DNA from: Candidatus Marinacidobacterales bacterium
Lineage (GTDB): Bacteria; Acidobacteriota; Vicinamibacteria; Marinacidobacterales; DATDRI01
Assembly (NCBI GenBank): GCA_965226495.1
Contig: OZ245365.1
Location: 2,944,001 to 3,008,000 of the forward strand
DNA length: 64,000 bases
Direction of reading: 5' to 3'
The position numbers and the translations under genes are program-made. The notes beneath the pieces are model-generated. The model saw only the letters and a program-made list of their open reading frames with translations, was not told the DNA's origin and did no database searches. Of this stretch, positions 8,845 through 16,620 are shown piece by piece; within the stretch, counting starts at the first letter, position 1; the number at the start of each line of letters is the position of its first letter.

Positions 8845-9375
8845 CTAGTTGCGCGACGGGAAAAGACCCGTCAGTGCGATCACAAACCGTAGCACCAGGA
8901 ACGGCTGCATGTTCTCATGCGCCTGACTGCCTCCTGCATTAGATGGTCCGCCGAGCAATCCTGTCAGGTTCGCCGGGGCGGTATAGTTCCTAGAACCGCG
9001 GCGGGGCCGCGAAGCAAGGACGTTGCCCCCCGGGCTCGTCTCGGTGGCCTGATCCCACGACCCGAACTTGTGATCGTGTTGGGGGATCTGGTTCAAGCTC
9101 AGGGTCTCGGCCTGGGTTCCGTCGCTGGAGCCGAGCGGCCGGTCGGTGAGCCCTGCCCCTTGTGAGTCGCCTGAATGGACGGGCGTCCGACCGCGAAGGT
9201 CGGGCAGGGCGAAGTCCGTCTCTCCGTCGCCGCCGTAGGTCGTCCCGAGAAGCGAGAAAAGGGATTGGTTTTGGTTGATCGGCAGGAGCTGCCCGTCACA
9301 GTTTGCCCACCCGCTCGGTGGGAAGTTGAACCCCAAGATCTTGATCTCAGCAAGGAACGGATCGGACACGCTCAC
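8845..9375 (-). CDS. Phage tail-collar domain protein (MdpB-like), copy 1
   Basis: SDPFLAEIK...GWANCDGQLL...LFSLLGTTYGGDG..FALPDLRGR...HENMQPFLVLRFVIALTGLFPSRN; start may be GTG 9369. Confidence 0.9.
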   Translation of the reverse strand: MSVSDPFLAEIKILGFNFPPSGWANCDGQLLPINQNQSLFSLLGTTYGGDGETDFALPDLRGRTPVHSGDSQGAGLTDRPLGSSDGTQAETLSLNQIPQHDHKFGSWDQATETSPGGNVLASRPRRGSRNYTAPANLTGLLGGPSNAGGSQAHENMQPFLVLRFVIALTGLFPSRN

Positions 9376-9448
9376 CCCCTTGACATCGCGCTGAGCCAGA
9401 GTCCACCGGCTCAGTCGAGAACACTTTAACCGAGCTTCTTCGCCTCCG

Positions 9449-10081
9449 CTACTGGGTCCGACGCCACCGCCTTACGGCGAGTCCGGCGAGCCCGAGCAGC
9501 GAGAGAAGCAGCGTGCTCGGCTCGGAAACCGGAGCGGTATGATCCACCGTGAGGTTCAAGGTAATCGACCCGAGATCCCTCCCGCCCGCGTCCCCGACTA
9601 CCAGCGTGTCGACAAACAGCTTGACGCTGTTCCCTGTGAAAAACACCTCCGAGCCCAGCCCGACTCCCGTGACGTTGCTCAGTACGACCGACAAACCGGT
9701 GATGATTCCGGGCACGGGCCCGCTCCAGAAGAGATTCGAAAACTCGTAGAATGAGCCTGCACCGAACCCGGTCGTTCCCCCCAGCCCGTCTCCGCGGACC
9801 ATGTACTGAATGCTCGCATCGCCGATATCGATGAACTCGCCGCCGAGAAGACCCGTGCCGCCGATGTTTGTTAGGTCGCCCTCTAGGATCTCAACTCCGA
9901 GATTCACGACGGTAACAATGTCGATCAGGTCATCCAAAGGGTCGGGGAAGAACACTGGGTCCCTAAGCCGCACCGTGACGTCCTGCCCGATGAGCGAAGC
10001 CAAAGCTTGCTCCGGCAACCCGACCGCGACAATCCCGATAACACCAACGACTAAACACCGTCTGAACCCCATGCGCGTCAT
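9449..10081 (-). CDS. PEP-CTERM sorting-domain surface protein
   Basis: Signal peptide; C-terminal VSEPSTLLLSLLGLAGLAVRRWRR (variant PEP motif, TM helix, basic tail). Confidence 0.85.
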   Translation of the reverse strand: MTRMGFRRCLVVGVIGIVAVGLPEQALASLIGQDVTVRLRDPVFFPDPLDDLIDIVTVVNLGVEILEGDLTNIGGTGLLGGEFIDIGDASIQYMVRGDGLGGTTGFGAGSFYEFSNLFWSGPVPGIITGLSVVLSNVTGVGLGSEVFFTGNSVKLFVDTLVVGDAGGRDLGSITLNLTVDHTAPVSEPSTLLLSLLGLAGLAVRRWRRTQ

Positions 10082-10111
10082 CTCCGTTCGGAAAAATGCA
10101 AGAGGAACAGG

Positions 10112-10127
10112 TGCAATCCGTGTACCA
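10112..10127 (-). promoter_or_regulatory. Sigma54 (-24/-12) promoter of PEP-CTERM gene
   Basis: Minus strand TGGTAC-ACGGA-TTGCA versus consensus TGGCAC-N5-TTGCW, about 30 bp upstream of the start. Confidence 0.7.
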
Positions 10128-10180
10128 AACGCTAACCCCTCTTCTTTGAACGGCTTGGCCTAAACTGCAAATTGCGAAGG

Positions 10181-10298
10181 TGTAAGGTTGCCGGACACGT
10201 TTCCATTTCTTTCGGCAGTGGCTGGACGAATGTCATTTATATTCAATGAAATAGATGGGAGAAGCCCGTGATGCGGAGAATTGTCAGGTTTTCTGACG
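10181..10298. promoter_or_regulatory. Two TGT-N11-ACA type enhancer boxes (PrsR/PEP-CTERM-box-like)
   Basis: TGTAAGGTTGCCGGACA at 10181-10197 and TGTCAGGTTTTCTGACG at 10282-10298, upstream of the sigma54 site. Confidence 0.55.
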
Positions 10299-10327
10299 TT
10301 CTCGACGAGCGGCGACTTCGAAAGCAC

Positions 10328-10356
10328 TTGCTCTCTTCGTTCGACACGGTTAATCT
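10328..10356 (+). promoter_or_regulatory. Putative sigma70 promoter of 10396 gene
   Basis: TTGCTC-17 bp-TAATCT; similar sequence retained upstream of the duplicate at 617. Confidence 0.45.
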
Positions 10357-10395
10357 GCGCACGACTTTGACGCCGTCGAGTCGGGGAGACGAGTT

Positions 10396-10833
10396 ATGGG
10401 CAATAAGCTGAGAGTAGTGAGTTGGGTGCTGTTAACGTTGATCGGTGCGCTGACGCTTCTCGGATCCGTGGCGTCCGTGTACGTAGCCTACGTCGCCGAC
10501 GCGGGGCAGGATCAGATCGGTCCGATGACACTGAGCGAGCTCGCCGAAGGGCGGAACGACGTCGAAACCGCCCTCCGAGCCCGGCGCGGCACCGCCGCGG
10601 CGTTCGCCACTGGTTATGCTCTGTTGTTCCTGACGATCGTCCTCGTCCCCTACCGCAAAGGGGAAGTATGGGCCTGGTGGGCCCTTCTGATCGGGACGGT
10701 CGCAACGACAGGCGTCATTTTGATGCGCGTCCCGATGATCGCGACCAATCTCGGCCTCGCCGCGGCAACGATTCCGCTCGCCGTCGGTGTCGTCGCCCTT
10801 TTGCTCGATGCCGGCCGCTTGAAGGCAACCTAG
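10396..10833 (+). CDS. Small four-TM membrane protein, function unknown
   Basis: GGGGAG RBS; four hydrophobic segments; PYRKGEVWAWW. Confidence 0.75.
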   Translation: MGNKLRVVSWVLLTLIGALTLLGSVASVYVAYVADAGQDQIGPMTLSELAEGRNDVETALRARRGTAAAFATGYALLFLTIVLVPYRKGEVWAWWALLIGTVATTGVILMRVPMIATNLGLAAATIPLAVGVVALLLDAGRLKAT

Positions 10834-10960
10834 CCCCTACATCGCCCGGCGCGGGGACCGACTGCGCCCCCGCGTTGACCTGGCAGTTGTTGTTGGAAAC
10901 ACCCTGTAAAAAGGCGTTACTATTGAGCCCCTCGGGAACCCATGCCCGAGCCCCACAAAC

Positions 10961-11731
10961 ATGTTCCGATCCGCGGAAGAGCACAACCAGTATCAGCGAG
11001 CCTATTATCAGCAGTGTGAGCGTCGGACGATCCAGCCGCGCGACACTCCTTACGTCCAGCGCCAGTTGGAGCGGGTCCAAGCCGCGGCCGACCTTCGCCC
11101 CGGCCAGGAGGTTCTCGAGGTAGGCTGCGGGATGGGCCGGCATACGCTGGCTCTTGTGCGGGAGGATATTCGTCTCGTGGCCTGTGACCTTTCGCCCGAT
11201 CTGTTGGCGCGACTGCGAAACGCCGTGCCGACTCCCAAGCTCGAAACACTCTGTTGTGACGTGGCCGAACTGCCGCGGCACACCAACCGGCGATTCGATC
11301 GGGTCGTGGGTTTCTTTACGCTCCATCATTTCTTCGACCTGCGCGCGGCGTTCCAGGGAATCGCGTCGGTGCTCCAGCCAGGAGGTCGAGTGGCGTTCTG
11401 CGAGCCGAACGGCTACAACCCGCTCTTCTATGTTCAGATTGCCGTCGTGCCGGGGATGACGTGGAAGGGCGACGGCGGCGTGCGGCACATGCGGCCCTCG
11501 ATCGTGCAAAGGGCGATGCGGGAGGCCGGTTTTGGCGACCTCCGAGTGGAACGATTCGGATTCCTGCCGGGCTTTGCTGCCGATACCAAGGTGGGGCAAT
11601 CTCTAGAGCGCGGCTTGGATCGGTTCGTTGCCCTGCCTCCCCTTCGGGCACTGCAGGCGTTTCAGGTATTCAGCGGCACCCTCGTCGGTCAGGGACGGAT
11701 CGACGAAGAAGAACGGCCGGCGCATGGCTAG
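10961..11731 (+). CDS. Class I SAM-dependent methyltransferase
   Basis: VLEVGCGMG, FDRVVGFFTLHH, VLQPGG. Confidence 0.85.
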   Translation: MFRSAEEHNQYQRAYYQQCERRTIQPRDTPYVQRQLERVQAAADLRPGQEVLEVGCGMGRHTLALVREDIRLVACDLSPDLLARLRNAVPTPKLETLCCDVAELPRHTNRRFDRVVGFFTLHHFFDLRAAFQGIASVLQPGGRVAFCEPNGYNPLFYVQIAVVPGMTWKGDGGVRHMRPSIVQRAMREAGFGDLRVERFGFLPGFAADTKVGQSLERGLDRFVALPPLRALQAFQVFSGTLVGQGRIDEEERPAHG

Positions 11732-12479
11732 GCCATCTTCCCCTTCGGTCGAAATGCGTTTCCGCGCCGATCGCCTCGAACGGCTCTCCGAAATCGAAGC
11801 ATGGCACTTCTGGTTTGCCGGACGTCGAGAGCTCATTGGCACCCTGCTCGATCGACACCTCGCTCCTCACCAACAGGTTCTGGATGTAGGTTGCGGCACC
11901 GGCCGTCAGCTGGAGAGCATCGCGCAGAAAGGTCATCGCGCCGTGGGGCTCGATCTCCGCCCCGAAGGCCTGCAAGCCATGCGAGAAGGCGGGGTCTCTG
12001 TCGTCCAAGGCCAGGTGACCGAGCTTCCACTCAAGCCTGGGTCTCTAGATGCCGTGGTCGTGATGGACGTTCTGGAGCACGTGGATGATGGAGTGGCGTT
12101 AGCCGAAGTACACGATGTCTTGCGTGATGACGGTCTGGCATTGATTAGTGTTCCTGCGTTTCCACAAGTTTGGAGCTACCGCGATCAGGACGCTGGCCAC
12201 CTGCGTCGCTACACGCGCCCCGAGCTCAGCGAACTCCTGATCGGCCATGGATTCCGAGTGCTCCAGGTGTGTTATTACCAATGTTTGTTGTTTCCGGCCT
12301 TGATTCTCAGCCGATGGCTCGGCCGGCGTGGTCCCGGCTGGCGAAACTTCGAAGAGCAGAAGCTTCCACTTCTCAACTCAGCATTGGCCTGGGTCAACCG
12401 AATGGAAGCGCGGCTCGGGGCGAGAGTACGACTGCCTTGGGGCTCGTCCCTGGTGGTGGCGTGTCGGAAGCAAAAATGA
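11724..12479 (+). CDS. Class I SAM-dependent methyltransferase (surface-glycan cluster type)
   Basis: EAWHFWFAGRR, VLDVGCGTG, DVLEH, GHLRRY; overlaps both neighbours. Confidence 0.85.
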   Translation: MARPSSPSVEMRFRADRLERLSEIEAWHFWFAGRRELIGTLLDRHLAPHQQVLDVGCGTGRQLESIAQKGHRAVGLDLRPEGLQAMREGGVSVVQGQVTELPLKPGSLDAVVVMDVLEHVDDGVALAEVHDVLRDDGLALISVPAFPQVWSYRDQDAGHLRRYTRPELSELLIGHGFRVLQVCYYQCLLFPALILSRWLGRRGPGWRNFEEQKLPLLNSALAWVNRMEARLGARVRLPWGSSLVVACRKQK

Positions 12480-13291
12480 ACGAAGACTTTCAATTACTGA
12501 TCTTCTCAACCGAGCCCGATCTCATCCATCGAGTGGTGGCGGCGGGCGTCGCCGGTGCGATCGTCGACTGGGAGACGATTGGTAAAGAGGAACGTCAGGG
12601 TGCGGTGGACACCGAGATCAACTGCGACACCCTCGCCGATCTCGAACGAGTGCGGGCCTCGACTGACGCATTGGTTGTTTGTCGAGTCAATCCGTACGGA
12701 CCAAGCACGCCGACCGAGATCGAGTGGGCGGTCGATGCTGGCGCGGACGAGATCCTGCTTCCCATGGTGCGGCGGGTCGACGAAGTAGAACGGGCTCTCG
12801 AGCACGCCCGGGATCGGATTCGAGTCGGAATCTTGGTCGAGACCATCGATGGGGTCGCCAATGCGGCGGCGCTGGCTCGCCAACCGCTGTCCCGGGTCTA
12901 CGTCGGCTTGAACGATCTGGCCATCGAGCGCCAGTCGGCATCCATCTTCGAGGCGGTGCGAGATGGAACGGTCGAGAGATTGCGAGGCATCTTCGACGTA
13001 CCCTTCGGTTTCGCAGGGCTTACGTTGCCGCATTGTGGGGCCCCCGTTCCGTGCCAGCTGTTGATGGGTGAGATGACACGGCTCCACAGCCATTTCAGTT
13101 TTCTGAGACGCTCGTTCTTCCGTGATACTCGAGGTAAGGATCCGGCCATCGCCATCCCGACAATCCAGCAAGCATTGCGAGAATCTTGTCGGCGCTCCGA
13201 CGTAGATTCAAAACGGGATCGACAAGCGCTCGAGCACGCGATCGCCGAATCGTCGCGTCGCGCTCGACATACCTGCCAGGTTTCGACGTGA
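12476..13291 (+). CDS. HpcH/HpaI aldolase / citrate-lyase family protein
   Basis: IVDWE..GKEERQ, RVNP, ILLPM, ILVET, YVGLNDL; ATGA coupling to upstream gene. Confidence 0.75.
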   Translation: MNEDFQLLIFSTEPDLIHRVVAAGVAGAIVDWETIGKEERQGAVDTEINCDTLADLERVRASTDALVVCRVNPYGPSTPTEIEWAVDAGADEILLPMVRRVDEVERALEHARDRIRVGILVETIDGVANAAALARQPLSRVYVGLNDLAIERQSASIFEAVRDGTVERLRGIFDVPFGFAGLTLPHCGAPVPCQLLMGEMTRLHSHFSFLRRSFFRDTRGKDPAIAIPTIQQALRESCRRSDVDSKRDRQALEHAIAESSRRARHTCQVST

Positions 13292-14274
13292 GCCCTTTGG
13301 GGGGACGTCGCGTACTGGTCACCGGTGCGGCGGGTTTCATCGGTGCCAACCTGACGCGAAGCCTGCTCGAACGCGGCGCCGATGTGCATGCAGTGGTGCG
13401 GTCGAGCACTGATTTGTGGCGGATGGAGGAGATCCGATCAAGGCTGAGGCTTCACCGTGCCGACTTATCCGATGCTCGCGCGGTCGATCGCACCGTGAAA
13501 GCGGTTCGACCCCAGGTCATTTTTCATCTTGCCGCTACATCGGGTCATCCTTCCAGCCAGCTCGAAAGAGCCGAAGCGCTGCAAAGCACCGTACTCGGAA
13601 CCAGGAACCTCCTGCGAGCGGTTCGGGAGATCGACTTCCATCGTTTCGTGCACCTGGGTAGTTACACCGAGTACGATCCGCAATCCCGGTCCGCAATCGA
13701 GTCGGACACTCCACGGCCTACGATCTTTCGCGGCGTGATGAAGGCGGCCGCTACCGTTTCAGTCGCGCAGTTCGCCCGCCGCCATGGCCGCCCCGTCACC
13801 ATACTCCGCGCGTCGTCGATTTATGGGTGCTGGGAGGGCGGGGAACGATTCATTCCTACTCTGACCCGAGCCGCCGTTCACGAACGGGATATTCCCCTGA
13901 CCCGGGCGGGTATTCGCCGGGATTACCTGTTCGTCGAGGATCTCGTCGACGCTTGCCTCGTAACGGTCGAGGCCAAGAACGTCGACGGCGAGATCATCAA
14001 TATCGCGTCCGGTCGAGAGTGGGCGAACGAGGAGGTGGTGGAGGCCATGCAGTCGGTGTCGAAGGGGTCGATCGCGGTCCGAGTCGGTGCCTACCCGACC
14101 CGTGACGTCGATTCGGCGAACCCTCGCCTCGACGTTCGCAAGGCGAAGTTGCTCCTTGGATGGACGCCTCGCCATGACCTGAAGCGGGGCCTCGAGAAGA
14201 CGCTCGCCTGGTATCGTGACCATGAGAGTCTCTATCCCAAAGAGATGCACCAAGAAGCCGTTCGTCATGGTTGA
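13288..14274 (+). CDS. NAD-dependent epimerase/dehydratase
   Basis: VLVTGAAGFIG, IFHLAA, RDYLFVED, LGWTP; catalytic YxxxK appears as RGVMK; GTGA coupling. Confidence 0.85.
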   Translation: MSPLGGRRVLVTGAAGFIGANLTRSLLERGADVHAVVRSSTDLWRMEEIRSRLRLHRADLSDARAVDRTVKAVRPQVIFHLAATSGHPSSQLERAEALQSTVLGTRNLLRAVREIDFHRFVHLGSYTEYDPQSRSAIESDTPRPTIFRGVMKAAATVSVAQFARRHGRPVTILRASSIYGCWEGGERFIPTLTRAAVHERDIPLTRAGIRRDYLFVEDLVDACLVTVEAKNVDGEIINIASGREWANEEVVEAMQSVSKGSIAVRVGAYPTRDVDSANPRLDVRKAKLLLGWTPRHDLKRGLEKTLAWYRDHESLYPKEMHQEAVRHG

Positions 14275-14977
14275 GCTGAGCGTCGTTGTCCCCGTGTATC
14301 GCAACGCCGAAACATTGTCTGAGCTCCATCGCCGTCTCAGCCAGGTGGTGAACGGTATGGAGATCTCGTGCGAGCTCATCTTTGTGGACGATGCGTGTCC
14401 GGACGGTTCCCGCGACGTCCTCGAGGCGTTGGCTTGCACCGATCCAAGAGTGGCAGTGCTCTCGATGGCCCGGAACGTGGGTCAGCACCGCGCGGTGCTC
14501 GCGGGTCTGGCGGCATCGCAGGGAGAGGTAGCAATCATCATGGACGCCGATCTCCAAGATCCTCCGGAGGCAATTCCGGCTCTACTCGCAACGCTCGCGC
14601 AAGGCTTCGGGGCCGTCTTCGCCGGCAGGCGTGGCCGCTACGAATCCTCGATGCGACTCCTGACCTCGCGCCTATTCAAGTACCTTTTGCATCTCTGTGC
14701 TCGTGTTCCCAGCGATGCCGGACTCTTCGTAGCCGTCAGCCGGGAAATGATGACGCGGTTGCTGGCGGTCTCCGAGCCGAACCCATTCGTAACCGGCATG
14801 ATTGGCTTTACCGGCATGACAACCACATCGATCCCGGTGCACCGTGGTGTGCGATTGCACGGCCGCTCCGCGTACAGTGGCCTGGAGCGGCTCAGGATCG
14901 GAGTCCGAACCTTGGTTTGGGCGGCGTCGTGCCGAATCTATCTTCGCAGTCGTGGGAGCGGAAGCCTAACCACATAG
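14267..14977 (+). CDS. Glycosyltransferase family 2 (GtrB/DPM-synthase-like)
   Basis: LSVVVPVYRN, FVDDACPDGS, RNVGQHRA, MDADLQDPPE. Confidence 0.9.
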   Translation: MVELSVVVPVYRNAETLSELHRRLSQVVNGMEISCELIFVDDACPDGSRDVLEALACTDPRVAVLSMARNVGQHRAVLAGLAASQGEVAIIMDADLQDPPEAIPALLATLAQGFGAVFAGRRGRYESSMRLLTSRLFKYLLHLCARVPSDAGLFVAVSREMMTRLLAVSEPNPFVTGMIGFTGMTTTSIPVHRGVRLHGRSAYSGLERLRIGVRTLVWAASCRIYLRSRGSGSLTT

Positions 14978-16515
14978 AGCCTGCACTCGTCGAAGCTTTC
15001 GGCGAGCTCCAAATTCGCCTCCACAAATTCGATCAGCTTTCCCGGCCGGAGTCGGTCTGGCCAGCTTTCCGCAACACAGACATGGCTTATCGCCCCATCC
15101 TCGAGAGCCGCCATGACCTCCTCCTGGCCCTCGCTGCCGAACTGGGAGACCAACGGGTAGTCGAACCGCGTGGGATTCTCGAAACCGGTGACGAGGTAGT
15201 AGAAACCAGCTGTCGGACTGAGAACGAACAATCGATCCCGAGGGCCCACGGTAGTTTGGAGAGCCCTGGCCGATCTCATTAACGGCGCCCACTGCTCGTT
15301 GGAAATGACGACCCCTCGAAAGTGCTGCACATTCTGTACGACTCTCCGGACGGGCACCGCTCGCAGCAACGGCGTGCCCACGACTACAAAGAGTCCGGCG
15401 ACGAGCCACATCGAGCCCAAAGCCATCAAGAGATGCTTCCAAAACGGCCGCACTCCCACGCTCAGCCGCCACAACCCGTAAGCCAAGCCAACGAGCGTCG
15501 ACGGCATGGTGAACATCACGTGAGACCAATCCGCCCGCGGGAAGATCATCGTCAGTCCGGCCAGGCAGAAGAGCGAGACCATGAACGTCTCTCTCTTTTC
15601 ATCGCCAACGGCTCGCGTGAACGCGGCCACCAGGGCGAGGAGTGCCATCGGAGGCAGGAGAAAAATCGAGAACTGAAACATCCCGAACGCTTCGAAGGCC
15701 GACCTTGGCGGTAGAAATCGAGCCAAGGTGACAAGTCCGGCGAGGTACGATACGCCGCCATGCTCGAAGTAGGCGGTCTTGTCGAAGATTTGGGCCACGT
15801 CCGGGGTGGAACCGTTCAACACCACCGGTATCATCACCAGGGCTACGACACTCAAGAACGCGCCAGCAAATACCGCTGCGTCTTTCGCAAGTTCGCTGGT
15901 TCGGTCACGCTTTATCAACGTCGCGATTGCGATGCCGGCCACCATCGCTAAGGCCGCCACTCCCGTGGTGTATTTTGCTGCCAGGCAAAGACCCGCGGCG
16001 AGGCCGGCCAGAAGAGCGCCCCGGCGAGCCCGCACGGAGCTCTTTGCCGTCGCTGGATTCGCTGCGACACCCTGACGCCAGACGAGAGTAGCCAAGAAAG
16101 TTGCGGACAGCAGAAAAATGGCGAGTGGATTGTAAAGAGCCACCGCGAACCGATTCGCGTGCACCAGAAAAGCCACCGGCAACCAGAACCGCACCCCAGA
16201 GCCAACGCCGAGCTTTGTCACCGCCAGCAGGCAGACGATCGCGGTACCCGCCCAGACCAAAGACAGGAGGGCTTTCAAAACCAAGAGCTCTACCCCCAGG
16301 ACCCTGGTGACAAGCGAAGCGAGGTAGGGGGCCAACGGCAGAACGTTGAACCGAATGTCCCGATAGAGTACCTCGTCGGCGCTCATGCGATGGACGACCT
16401 GGAGAAACCAGACCTCGTCGGCAAGATTGGGACCAAAGGCTACTGAGCTCAAGAAGGCCAAAACAAAGAGTGCGAGGCCAACGGTCGCCAGATATCGGTG
16501 GGTCATTCGGGACAC
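14938..16515 (-). CDS. Polytopic membrane protein, probable GT-C-type (lipid-linked donor) glycosyltransferase
   Basis: ADE after first TM, LYRD, about 11 TM helices, AKYTTG, C-terminal soluble domain. Confidence 0.6.
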   Translation of the reverse strand: MSRMTHRYLATVGLALFVLAFLSSVAFGPNLADEVWFLQVVHRMSADEVLYRDIRFNVLPLAPYLASLVTRVLGVELLVLKALLSLVWAGTAIVCLLAVTKLGVGSGVRFWLPVAFLVHANRFAVALYNPLAIFLLSATFLATLVWRQGVAANPATAKSSVRARRGALLAGLAAGLCLAAKYTTGVAALAMVAGIAIATLIKRDRTSELAKDAAVFAGAFLSVVALVMIPVVLNGSTPDVAQIFDKTAYFEHGGVSYLAGLVTLARFLPPRSAFEAFGMFQFSIFLLPPMALLALVAAFTRAVGDEKRETFMVSLFCLAGLTMIFPRADWSHVMFTMPSTLVGLAYGLWRLSVGVRPFWKHLLMALGSMWLVAGLFVVVGTPLLRAVPVRRVVQNVQHFRGVVISNEQWAPLMRSARALQTTVGPRDRLFVLSPTAGFYYLVTGFENPTRFDYPLVSQFGSEGQEEVMAALEDGAISHVCVAESWPDRLRPGKLIEFVEANLELAESFDECRLYVVRLPLPRLRR

Positions 16516-16620
16516 GATAACGAGTTTCCCTTCGGTGCGGCAATGGGCGTGCGCCGCGCCGCTGTGAAGTGTGCCTCGTTACATCCCCGGTGGCTGAAAC
16601 CTCCCGAGATTGCAGTCCTC

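Noticed and set aside
5917-9375. Prophage or tailocin suggested by tail-collar genes
   Set aside because: No capsid, terminase, sheath, tube, baseplate, lysis or integrase genes in the window
14368-15282. Long alternative-frame or antisense ORFs (also 939-1829, 20554-21579, 51421-52557, 32192-33133, 43749-44678)
   Set aside because: Arg/Pro-rich shadows of well-supported genes in a high-GC genome with no recognisable motifs
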